Shown piece by piece: positions 39,809-48,697 of a DNA stretch of 53,144 nt. Location: assembly GCA_937880125.1 (NCBI GenBank), contig CALFLU010000031.1, forward strand, positions 1 through 53,144, in the 5' to 3' direction. The translations under genes and the position numbers were made by a program. The notes under the pieces were generated by a model. The model was not told the DNA's origin. It ran no database searches and worked only from the letters and a program-made list of their open reading frames with translations. The stretch's first letter is position 1. The number at the start of each line of letters is the position of its first letter. The stretch is from an uncultured Eubacteriaceae bacterium (GTDB lineage: Bacteria > Bacillota > Clostridia > Eubacteriales > UBA1433).

Positions 39809-40804
39809 CTAAAGGTTAGTATTTCTTTCATCTTTCTTTTTTTTTAGCAATTCCGAAAGTTTCTCCTGAATACCCCTGTGATAAAAGGCATATCTGTCTA
39901 TCGCTATTTTTTCAAAAAACTTCCAAACTGTTCCGGGCAGATTACCTTTATCTAGCGGCGTGCTTTCCAATTCGGGCGGCTTTGCGTTTGCAAAGTTCCC
40001 TACATACATCAAGTGTTTGGGGAGTTCTCGTTTTGATAAAGCAGAGATAGCTAAGCGGTACTCAGGTATCCTATCCTCGCTTCCTGCCGTCTGTGCTATA
40101 CGTTCTATTTCATCTGCAGTAAGTATTTTACCATATCTCATAATCACCCTTTCCCTCATTGGTTCCTTATATCTGTCGAAGAATACTTGAATGTATTCTA
40201 ACGCATCAAAGTCTTCTGTTGTTTGCGGAAGTTGCTCGTTTGCACTCAACTTTAACCGCATAATTGGATTAATATTTTCCCATGGTTCCCCCCACTTGTA
40301 TTCATCTACTTTTTGCAATAAAATCCACCTTCCTTTTAATCCCAATATTTCTGCTTCTTCACTTTCCAAGGGTAGTGCAAATACATCCCCTATCTGCCAG
40401 GGGCAGATGTAAGGTTCTTTTTTGCGAATATTCTTTTCTTTCGGCTGCGGAGAGAGTAGTTTTTCTCTCAATGCATCTAAAACTTTCTCTCGTTGTTTAT
40501 AGAGTTTCTCTCCCTGCTCTTCCCACAGTGCCATACCTTGTCGTTTATCGATAATCTCCAACGCTTTTTCTTGTACGGCAGGAATCATCCTGCCGTAACG
40601 GTGCTGACTATCGGCAAGAGCAAGCCAAAACACGGCTGCATCTTCTTCAAAATCTAAGGCATCTATAAATTCTTCCGTCATCTTTTCTGTCAGTTCTTCG
40701 TTTGTATACTGATTCTTTTCGTTTTCTTCCAGCAGTTTTTTGTATTCGTCTCGAACATCCAGTGCCAGATCATCATCATACAGCTTTACGCCCCATGCGC
40801 CCAT
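39809..40804 (-). CDS. Putative immunity protein: DUF4259-like N-terminus plus Imm26-like C-terminal half
   Basis: MGAWG..LYDDDLALD start motif; WQIGDVFALPL motif. AAAGGAGGT SD. Confidence 0.6.
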   Translation of the reverse strand: MGAWGVKLYDDDLALDVRDEYKKLLEENEKNQYTNEELTEKMTEEFIDALDFEEDAAVFWLALADSQHRYGRMIPAVQEKALEIIDKRQGMALWEEQGEKLYKQREKVLDALREKLLSPQPKEKNIRKKEPYICPWQIGDVFALPLESEEAEILGLKGRWILLQKVDEYKWGEPWENINPIMRLKLSANEQLPQTTEDFDALEYIQVFFDRYKEPMRERVIMRYGKILTADEIERIAQTAGSEDRIPEYRLAISALSKRELPKHLMYVGNFANAKPPELESTPLDKGNLPGTVWKFFEKIAIDRYAFYHRGIQEKLSELLKKKKDERNTNL

Positions 40805-40828
40805 GGTTTACCTCCTTTATAACATACC

Positions 40829-41374
40829 TCACCCCTCGCTGTCCCAAACCTCTTTGAAAATAAATCCTGTCAGCCCGTTCTCCAAAACCGTTTGTCTAAA
40901 GTCATCCGAAACGAACTGATGCGCCAATGGTTCATCAATTATTTTAAATAAATTTTCATTGCGAACTTTGTCTTCATGAAAAGCATATTTTTCAAAAAAC
41001 ATAATCCTTTTGCCGTCAGAAAATGTTATAAATTTTGCTTGTTCATAATCGATACAGTCAATAACGCGCATTACATTAATCGCATAATAGTTCCCTTCTT
41101 TGTAATTCAACGGTAATATTTCTGCAGTATCCGTCAAATATTTCCCCAACACGCTGAGCGCTTTTTCATCAAACACAGGGATATGCGTATAAAAATTTGG
41201 TGCATTGCTGAAAGGCAACTTTTTTTTCGGATTCAACTTTACCACTTCATCGGGTATCCATGTATGAATTTGACTTCTTCCATCAAAACTTATCACTTTT
41301 TCTCTACTCCAGAACACTTTTGGATATAATCCTTGATAGTTCTCCACATCAAACTCTAACATCCATATTTTCAT
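40829..41374 (-). CDS. Imm11/DUF1629-like immunity protein, probably cognate to the AHH toxin
   Basis: E.LPL.....YYAINV...IDCIDYE, Y.F, LFKI, FVSD.F...V...GLTGF.F. Starts 11 bp after the toxin stop. Confidence 0.75.
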   Translation of the reverse strand: MKIWMLEFDVENYQGLYPKVFWSREKVISFDGRSQIHTWIPDEVVKLNPKKKLPFSNAPNFYTHIPVFDEKALSVLGKYLTDTAEILPLNYKEGNYYAINVMRVIDCIDYEQAKFITFSDGKRIMFFEKYAFHEDKVRNENLFKIIDEPLAHQFVSDDFRQTVLENGLTGFIFKEVWDSEG

Positions 41375-41385
41375 CTTTTTTTCTC

Positions 41386-42981
41386 CTATCGCATCATAAA
41401 TGTTCCGTCAATCAATTGCTGCCTGATAAGCGCTAAAATATTTTCGGCATCTGTTTTTGAAGTCGCACCACGGAGCATTTTATTTACTTTGTCATAATAC
41501 ATATCCGTATGCAAACTCGGATGATACGTTGTGCCGACGATTCTGTTATCTGCTGACAAAAACACTCCATTCGCAGCATCATTAACATCAATTCCAAAAT
41601 ACTGCAAAATACTCCTTGCCTCTTCAGCCTTAGGCGAGCCTCCTGCTACAATGTGATGAGCATGATTTTTGTAACCTGGTTCCTCCATACCGGCTTCTTT
41701 CATATGATTCCGCAAAATTTTTGAATTTGGCTTCGACAAAGCCAGCGCTTCACTCATAAATGCGGTTCCCGGACTCTCTTGCATAAGCTTTTTGCCGAGT
41801 TCTGCGGTATATTTCAAGCCCTCTCCGAGTGCAATTCCTTTCGCCGACCCTTTTGTCACACTTACTGCTTCTACCCCTCTCGGCGATTGATTCAACAATT
41901 GGCGCACTTGCTGCCTGACGGTCACATGAAAGCTATCCTGAGGAGCGAGAAAACGAGATACTTTATCCAACACAGGTAAACTGGATGTAGGCGCTATCTT
42001 TGTTATTGCTTTTGTTATCAATCGAAGCGCAGCTCTGATAAAGTTACCAATAGGGTTATGCCCCGTAGGATCCACATAGTTCACAGGGTTGTTGCCCGTG
42101 TAGCTGTATAGGTTCTGACTCTGCGGATTAAAAGCCTCCCCGGTGTAGGTATCCCTTGCCGTAAACTGCCCCGTCTTGGCATTGTAGTACCTTGCGTTCA
42201 TGTAATACAGGTTGCTCTCTTCATCATACACATGCCCTGTATACGTCGCCTCATTGAGGAAGTTCACTTCCCCCGTCTTGATCTGGTTACCGAACTCATC
42301 ATACACATACCCTGTTGTCTGTGTACCCGTTGTATTTAGGATGTTCGTTACACTGCCTCGTATGTCGTAGTTAAAGGTATAGTAGCCGTTTAGATAGTTA
42401 CTGCCGTTGGCGTCCTTTTCATACCTTGCGCTCAGCAGTGTTTCTCCGCTTGGGGTTAGGATGTTTTCAATGAGCTTGTTATGGTCATTATCCGATACAA
42501 AGAGGATACTCTCTCCTACATAGTAGTAGTTTCGTTGGGTTGTGGTAACGTTGGGGTTATTGTTGGGGTCCCCGCTTGTCAGCACCACGTCTTTCCTGAC
42601 TCTTTGTCCTTTGCCGTTATAGGTATAGTCCCCGCCCTTTTCCTGATAGGTTTGTTGGTTCAATGGCACATTTACACTTTGCACCACATTGCCCTGTCTG
42701 TCCTTTACGGCGGTGATGGTTCCGTTTAAGATAGAGCTGTTATCCACACTCAGCAGGTTTCCCGCTTTGTCATGATTATAGACTTTGTTTTCCGTCTTGA
42801 CAAGCGGTCCCGATACATAGTATCCCGGGTAGAGGTACATTTCTTCTTTTAAGTCTTTTAACGGCGTTACGATACTCTCACTCGTCAAGTCTCCGTTGGC
42901 GTTATAGCTCAGGGCAGAGGTAACGGTTTTATTTTGTCCGTCTATGACGATGCCTTTGGAGGTAGACCCCGCCTTTTTGAC
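41386..42981 (-). pseudogene. Orphan Rhs core C-terminus with AHH-family (HNH-fold) nuclease toxin
   Basis: YYMNARYY....GQF..RD...NLYSY..NNPVNYVDPTGH (42058-42072), then HAHHIV, N...NGVFL, H...H...Y. Frame is open to 42981 without a credible start. Confidence 0.88.
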
Positions 42982-43095
42982 TTATCTGAAGAATGTCCCG
43001 CCCGTTCTTTTTCCCGTTTTGCTTTGGAATGCCCCTACCGTAATAACAAGACATTCCTATCTGATAGAGGAAGGGCGCGCATTGCGCGCCCTTCC
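42981..43095 (-). repeat. Cassette-junction element, copy A (most complete)
   Basis: Minus strand GGAAGGGCGCGC-AAT-GCGCGCCCTTCC...GGAATGTC...GGCATTCC-AAAGCAAAACGGGAAAAAGAACGGGCGGGACATTCTTCAGA. Confidence 0.9.
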
Positions 43096-43100
43096 ACGTC

Positions 43101-43697
43101 CTACAGCGGCTCCGCTAAACTGCTGTCAATAATGAGCTCTCGATTTATTTTTGCAGCAATTCCCGAAACGGTACTTACTCCAGCCAATCCAATTAATGCA
43201 GGTCTTTTTGTCAATTCTTTTCCATATTCGTCATAATACTTTTCTCGAAAAATATCATAAAATCCATAATCAAAATCTTGAAATATTTCTTCCTTTATGC
43301 GCCCTATATTATAAAAATATCCTCTTGTCCAATATTCCCTGCCCACCATATCAGGGCGTAATAATAATCTCTTCACATCAGGTGTAAACTCAACATCTTC
43401 CACCGATTTCGCCTTATCGCGAAAGATTAATATCACACTAAGGTTGTCTCCATCCATATTGTTGATTTTGCTATTGACCACCAAGCCGTAAAAGTACAGT
43501 CCTTCCCTCGGGCTGAGTAAAAACACATCGCCTTTTTCAGGCTGTATTCTTTTGCGTTTGATGACCTTCAGTTGGTATTCTTCGATTTTCAACGTATCCA
43601 ATCTATCCAGTTCTCGCCGGATTTCCGCCGGCTGTTCGTTATAGCGCTTTTTCCATTCCCTTGAAAGAGGATTATCTGTTAAATTATTGAGTTTCAT
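43101..43697 (-). CDS. Imm26-like immunity protein (orphan)
   Basis: RKRI...KGDVF.......YFYG.V motif; W..GYF..IG. AAGGAG SD. Confidence 0.72.
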   Translation of the reverse strand: MKLNNLTDNPLSREWKKRYNEQPAEIRRELDRLDTLKIEEYQLKVIKRKRIQPEKGDVFLLSPREGLYFYGLVVNSKINNMDGDNLSVILIFRDKAKSVEDVEFTPDVKRLLLRPDMVGREYWTRGYFYNIGRIKEEIFQDFDYGFYDIFREKYYDEYGKELTKRPALIGLAGVSTVSGIAAKINRELIIDSSLAEPL

Positions 43698-43825
43698 AGC
43701 AAATTTTCTGCTCCTTCGCCTTCTTATTTTTTACTAATTTTTCTTTAAAATGAGCAGCAACACGCCCTTGCTCTATCACTATAATAACCAGACCCATCAC
43801 GATTAGAATATTTTTCTGACTCCCT

Positions 43826-44533
43826 TTACATATCTCTTTCATTGCCACCCGTCCATCTGCTCAGCAAAGGCCAAAAGGAATTGTTTTCTTGACGAATTGA
43901 ACCTATCAGTTTATCTATCTCTTCCTTCTTCCCTTCCTGCTCATATATTAAGCACATATAATACGTCGAAATTGTCTTCAATGGCATTCCGTAAAGATGT
44001 CGCTTCACATCAAAATATTGTTCCTTCACATCTTCATAATTCTGTTTGTGATAGGAATCTGCCATACGGGTAACCAAATATAGATTAAAATATTCACCCG
44101 CTTTTGCGCGATGCTCCAGCTCTTCAATATTTTTTGCTAAAGATCCATATATTTCCGCCGCTTCTGTCACTTCGCCATGCACGAACAGTAACAACGTATA
44201 ATTAAATTCAATCATTTGCGGAATGATATCTAATCGCCCTTTCGAGTCTAATATCATCTGTTCATAATACTCTTCACGATAGTGTCTTACCCATTTTAAA
44301 TCATTCATTCCAAAATAACTGTAAATTAAGTACCAACCCCTTATCTCCAACGTCATTCCGGGAATATGGTTATATGTCAACAACAATTTAATTGCTTCGC
44401 GGTGGTCTTCTTTTTCATAACACGCATTCAATTTTTCTTGTATCGCTTTACCTTTTCTACCGCTGAACACGCCTTGGATTATAAAAAATAAAAACACGGC
44501 TATGCCAAACCCAATTATCATTTTGCCTGCCAT
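43826..44533 (-). CDS. Hypothetical membrane-anchored helical (TPR-like) protein, possible immunity protein
   Basis: N-terminal TM, Tyr-rich helical remainder, AAAGGAG SD. First gene of the array. Confidence 0.55.
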   Translation of the reverse strand: MAGKMIIGFGIAVFLFFIIQGVFSGRKGKAIQEKLNACYEKEDHREAIKLLLTYNHIPGMTLEIRGWYLIYSYFGMNDLKWVRHYREEYYEQMILDSKGRLDIIPQMIEFNYTLLLFVHGEVTEAAEIYGSLAKNIEELEHRAKAGEYFNLYLVTRMADSYHKQNYEDVKEQYFDVKRHLYGMPLKTISTYYMCLIYEQEGKKEEIDKLIGSIRQENNSFWPLLSRWTGGNERDM

Positions 44534-44658
44534 TGTTTTTCTCCTTTAGTTTTGTTTTTCATATTTGGTCGTCTATACGACAGCTCATCATCTGCTGCCA
44601 TAAAACAGACCTTATGCACTTGTTTCCATATTTTTAGACATTTATATGCTTTTAAAAC

Positions 44659-44692
44659 AAAAACCGCCACAGTCAATGACCGGAGCGGTTTT
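44659..44692 (-). terminator. Probable terminator after the tRNA
   Basis: Minus strand AAAACCGC...GGTCA-T-TGAC...GCGGTTTTTG. Confidence 0.6.
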
Positions 44693-44704
44693 AGATTTTC
44701 TGTA

Positions 44705-44780
<76 letters not shown>

Positions 44781-44964
44781 ACAGTGCAAATCATTGTATC
44801 GCATTTGACCGATGTTTTCAAGCATTTCCCGGGAAATTTATCAGGAATTTCTCATTTTGTTTTTCGCGGCAAGGGCCGATGCTGTTTCTGCGATGAATTT
44901 CGTTTACAAAACCTTCGTTCTTTTTTTATTTTATGCTATAATGAAAAAAATAGGAGGTGTATCT

Positions 44965-45942
44965 ATGACTAAAATTGTTATCTTCCCGATGAAGCCCGGC
45001 ATTGATGAACCACGCTCGGCTGCGCTCGATCGGCTGGCGGACGATTTTCCCCAATGCAATATTGTCTATCCCGAAACGGTAGAGGAATTGTATGCCGAAT
45101 TGCCCGACGCAGAAGTTTTTGCAGCTTATTTTGTAACCAACGACATTTTGGACAAGGCGCCGAACTTAAAATATGTATGCGGCTTTTTGGCGGGTGTTGA
45201 CAAACTTCCGCTCAAACGCTTAGAAGAAAGCAACATTCTTCTGACAACCGGCCGCGGCATTCACCCGATTCATATGACTGAATATACGATTATGATGATG
45301 ATTATGGCAGCACGCGACATGGACAAATTGCTTGCCGAACAAAAAAACCACGGTTGGGGTTCCACTGAGGTTTTTGTTCAAGACCAGATATATGGAAAAA
45401 AACTCGGCATATTGGGTGTGGGCGCCATCGGAAAAGAACTTGCCAAGAAAGCTTCTATGATGGGCATGGAAGTTATTGGCGTGCGCAAAAATCCTGAGGC
45501 TGTGGAATATGTATCCGAAATGTATGGCATGAAAGAGGGCTTTGACGTGGTGTGCTCCACTTGCGACTACATCGTCAATTTGCTACCGCACACAGCCGAA
45601 ACCCACAAAGTCATTTCCAAAAAATATTTTGATATGCTCAAACCCACCGCCTGTATGATTAATATCGGGCGCGGTGATACCGTAAATGAAGAAGATTTAT
45701 ATAACGCCCTTATAAACAAGCAATTCAAACGCTATATCACAGATGTATTTGAGAAAGAACCGCTGGATCCCGACAGCAAGTTTTGGGATTTGGACAATAT
45801 CATTATCACGCCGCACGTTTGCGGACCCAATGTTACCTACATGGACAAAGCATACCCCATCGTTAAACATAATATTGAGTCTTATCTCAATAAAGAATAT
45901 GATAAAATGCTCAATTTGCTCTCCTATGAGCGCGGATATTGA
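44965..45942 (+). CDS. D-2-hydroxyacid dehydrogenase family protein
   Basis: AGVD, GVGAIG, NIGRG, DVF.KEPL, TPH. AGGAGGT SD. Confidence 0.92.
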   Translation: MTKIVIFPMKPGIDEPRSAALDRLADDFPQCNIVYPETVEELYAELPDAEVFAAYFVTNDILDKAPNLKYVCGFLAGVDKLPLKRLEESNILLTTGRGIHPIHMTEYTIMMMIMAARDMDKLLAEQKNHGWGSTEVFVQDQIYGKKLGILGVGAIGKELAKKASMMGMEVIGVRKNPEAVEYVSEMYGMKEGFDVVCSTCDYIVNLLPHTAETHKVISKKYFDMLKPTACMINIGRGDTVNEEDLYNALINKQFKRYITDVFEKEPLDPDSKFWDLDNIIITPHVCGPNVTYMDKAYPIVKHNIESYLNKEYDKMLNLLSYERGY

Positions 45943-45986
45943 TGGTAAAAGAGAGAAAATAAACTACGATTTCGGAGGTAAAAAAC

Positions 45987-46568
45987 ATGAGTGTAAGAGA
46001 CTTAGCCTACAAAAACAGAACCTACAGGCGATTTGACGAAAATGTAAAGATCGATATGAAAACCCTCGAAGAATGGGTAGACTTGGCACGTGTTACTTCT
46101 TCGGCTGCCAACGCGCAAGCGCTGAAGTACGTTTTGGTGACAGATCCGAAGGCCTGCCAAACCGTATTTGACAACATCAAATGGGCGCGCGATTTGCCCG
46201 ACTGGCCGGGTCCTGCAGAGGGCGAAAAACCCACCGCATACATTGTTGTGTTTCAAGATGAGTCCATTGCCAAAAACATTCACTGGGATTTGGGACTTGC
46301 CTTGGAAAGCATTACCATGGCTGCCATTGAGCAAGGCTTTGGCGGATGCCAATTCGGCAACGTCAATCGCCCTGTCTTAAAAGAAGCCCTTGGTATCACC
46401 GACGAATCTCTTTCATTGTTGATGGTGTTGGCGCTGGGCAAACCCGTGGAAGAAGTGGTGTTGACCGATATTCCCGAAAGCAAAATCACAAAATATTGGC
46501 GCGATGAAAACATGGTGCACTACGTGCCCAAACGCACGTTGGAAGATATCATCGTCAAAAAATATTAG
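45987..46568 (+). CDS. Nitroreductase family protein
   Basis: NRTYRRF, S..N.Q, DLG.A, ALGKP, PKR.LED. Confidence 0.92.
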   Translation: MSVRDLAYKNRTYRRFDENVKIDMKTLEEWVDLARVTSSAANAQALKYVLVTDPKACQTVFDNIKWARDLPDWPGPAEGEKPTAYIVVFQDESIAKNIHWDLGLALESITMAAIEQGFGGCQFGNVNRPVLKEALGITDESLSLLMVLALGKPVEEVVLTDIPESKITKYWRDENMVHYVPKRTLEDIIVKKY

Positions 46569-46585
46569 GAAGCGAGGCGAAAACA

Positions 46586-47164
46586 ATGAGTATCAAAGAC
46601 CTTGTCTATAAAAACAGAACCTATCGTCGTTTTGATCAATCTCATAAAATAGAGATGTCCGTTTTGGAAGAACTCGTTGACTTGGCGCGTGTTACCAGCA
46701 GCGGCGGCAACATACAAGCCATTAAGTTTATTTTGGTAACCGATGAAGAAATGTGCCAAACCGTCAACGACCACATTGTGTGGGCGGGGGCACTGCCCCA
46801 GTGGCCGGGCCCCGACGAAGGCGAAAAACCTACGGCTTACATCATCCCGCTGCGCGATGAAAGCATCTCCAAAAACACGTTGTGGGATTTGGGCTTGGCA
46901 ACGCAAGCGATTTTGCTCGGTGCCGTTGAAAAGGGCCTTGGCGCATGCCAATTCGGCAGTGTTAAATATGCGGATCTCACCAAAGTATTGGAACTTCCTG
47001 AAAATTTGGTTATTACCTCGGTGCTTGCACTGGGCAAACCCGTAGAAGAAGTGGTGTTGGTGGATGTGCCCGAGAGCGGAAAAATGGCTTATTACAGAGA
47101 CGAAAACATGGTGCACTATGTGCCGAAACGAACCATGGAAGATGTGGTTTTGAAAAAATTCTAA
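46586..47164 (+). CDS. Nitroreductase family protein (tandem paralog)
   Basis: Same motifs; roughly 60% identical by eye to the preceding protein. Confidence 0.92.
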   Translation: MSIKDLVYKNRTYRRFDQSHKIEMSVLEELVDLARVTSSGGNIQAIKFILVTDEEMCQTVNDHIVWAGALPQWPGPDEGEKPTAYIIPLRDESISKNTLWDLGLATQAILLGAVEKGLGACQFGSVKYADLTKVLELPENLVITSVLALGKPVEEVVLVDVPESGKMAYYRDENMVHYVPKRTMEDVVLKKF

Positions 47165-47174
47165 ACCCAAATAG

Positions 47175-47205
47175 AAAACATCCCGCAACGGCGGGATGTT
47201 TTTTT
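47175..47205. terminator. Bidirectional intrinsic terminator
   Basis: AAAACATCCCGC-AACG-GCGGGATGTTTTTTT. Confidence 0.85.
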
Positions 47206-47980
47206 ATGTCAAATTGATTTGATCTCTTTCGTTGTAGAGTGTTTTATAGCCCAAATAGAGTGAGCCGAATACCGAAAGGCACACCACGGTGCAAATGGCG
47301 ATCATAATGGCGATTTGATATAAAATGGCTGTCATGGGCAGTGTTCCCGACAAAATTTGCCCTGTCATCATGCCCGGCAGTGCCACAATGCCCATGCCCA
47401 CCATGGAATTCAGCGTGGGCAGCAGTGCCGTTTCCAAGGCACGGTTGACAAAGGGCAGTAAAATCTTTTTCGGTCTTGCGCCCAAATTTAACAGAGAATC
47501 GATGCGGTGTTGCTCGACACGGGTGCTCTCGCGAAAGGTTTTGATGCCAAGGCCCACACCCGTCATGGCATTGCCCATAATCATGCCGCTGAGCGGAATG
47601 ACGTATTGCGGATTAAAAACGCTTTGCCCCACAATGACGGCAACGAAAAACATTATAATCAGCAGTCCTGATATCGCCAACGACAGGGCAATGGCTTGTT
47701 TGAATTTTTTGTTGAGCTCTTTATTTTTCGACAATACGCGATGGATGGCAAATGCAATCATGACAAGCACATAACTCACGGTAAACAGCGGATGCGGATT
47801 TTGAAAAATATAGGTCAGCACCAATCCTGCCAGTGCCAGCTGCACGCTCATGCGCAAACTCGCCACAAACAGCAGCTTCACCTGGTCGATTTTCGCTTTT
47901 TTCATAATGAACAGCACAATCAAAAGCAGCAGGTAGACGATGCTGAATTGCAGCAGGTTTAACTCAACAATTTGTTGCAT
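47204..47980 (-). CDS. fetB: FetB/YbbM (UPF0014) ABC permease
   Basis: RMSVQL, IPLSGMIMGN.M, GIV.LPGMMTGQILSG..P..A..YQ. Confidence 0.88.
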   Translation of the reverse strand: MQQIVELNLLQFSIVYLLLLIVLFIMKKAKIDQVKLLFVASLRMSVQLALAGLVLTYIFQNPHPLFTVSYVLVMIAFAIHRVLSKNKELNKKFKQAIALSLAISGLLIIMFFVAVIVGQSVFNPQYVIPLSGMIMGNAMTGVGLGIKTFRESTRVEQHRIDSLLNLGARPKKILLPFVNRALETALLPTLNSMVGMGIVALPGMMTGQILSGTLPMTAILYQIAIMIAICTVVCLSVFGSLYLGYKTLYNERDQINLT

Positions 47981-48602
47981 GCTCTTCTCCCTTTAATTCG
48001 ATGACATGGTCTGCATACAGCTTCACAATTTCTTTGTCGTGGCTGACGACCAGCAGTGTAATTTCATTTTTTTTGCAATGCGTACGGATATTTTTTATGA
48101 CATCTCTCGCCGTTTGCTCGTCCAGCGCCGAGGTGGGCTCGTCCAACATCAGCACTTTGGGCATGAACGAGAGGCAGATTGCCAAATACACCCTTTGTCT
48201 TTCTCCGCCTGACATGGTGTCGCATAATGCTTCGGACGCAAAGGGCCCTTGGCATATTGCAAGGTATTCTTCGATCGCTTTTGGTTTCGGTTTATCCAAA
48301 CCCAGGTATTCATAATACATATTAAAATTCTCTTCAATGCTGCCCGAAAATAAATACACCTGCTGCCCTGCCAAAAGCACTTGCCTGCGCAGGGCGATGG
48401 CATCGATTTGTTCGATATCTTTTCCGCAATAAAATACTTGGCCTTGACTGGGCGAGAGCGTGCCGTTGAAAAGGCGCAAAAGCGTGCTTTTGCCACTGCC
48501 GCTCGGCCCTGTCACAAAGGTTACGCTGTTATATTCGATATCAATGGAAGGAAAAACCGTAACAGAACGATAGACTGCGTTGCGCAGCGATAAGATGTGC
48601 AT
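47964..48602 (-). CDS. fetA: FetA/YbbL-like ABC ATP-binding protein
   Basis: GPSGSGKST, MSGGERQR, LDEPTSALD, VSH. Overlaps fetB. Confidence 0.85.
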   Translation of the reverse strand: MHILSLRNAVYRSVTVFPSIDIEYNSVTFVTGPSGSGKSTLLRLFNGTLSPSQGQVFYCGKDIEQIDAIALRRQVLLAGQQVYLFSGSIEENFNMYYEYLGLDKPKPKAIEEYLAICQGPFASEALCDTMSGGERQRVYLAICLSFMPKVLMLDEPTSALDEQTARDVIKNIRTHCKKNEITLLVVSHDKEIVKLYADHVIELKGEEHATNC

Positions 48603-48665
48603 GGTTATATTTCACCGTTAAGATTATTTTTTCTTTACGCATTGCTATATTTTATCACAATCCAT

Positions 48666-48697
48666 AAAAAAACAGCAGATGCATCTGCCGTTTTTTT
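48666..48697 (-). terminator. Terminator of the thr operon
   Basis: AAAAAAACAGCAGATGCATCTGCCGTTTTTTT hairpin. Confidence 0.7.

Larger units (their letters stand above)
38030..44600 (-). mobile_element. Polymorphic toxin/immunity cassette array (accessory island) downstream of tRNA-Ala; no integrase in window
   Basis: All genes co-oriented; Rhs fragments, immunity-like ORFs and three related intergenic elements. Immunity genes look more AT-rich than the flanks. Boundaries approximate. Confidence 0.65.

Noticed and set aside
38859-43095. Repeats as a CRISPR array
   Set aside because: Only three long, unequal copies separated by 0.75-3.2 kb of genes; no cas genes.
38920-43095. Element hairpins as plain rho-independent terminators
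   Set aside because: They lack proper U-tracts, and this would not explain the conserved downstream core or the junction with Rhs fragments. A secondary termination role is not excluded.
43684-43842. 52-codon minus-strand ORF (MKEICKGSQKNILIVMGLVIIVIE...) between two array genes
   Set aside because: Weak SD, overlaps both neighbours, no motif. It may be a gene remnant but cannot be supported.
44836-44850. CodY-box-like ATTTATCAGGAATTT
   Set aside because: Four mismatches to the consensus in AT-rich DNA; not significant.
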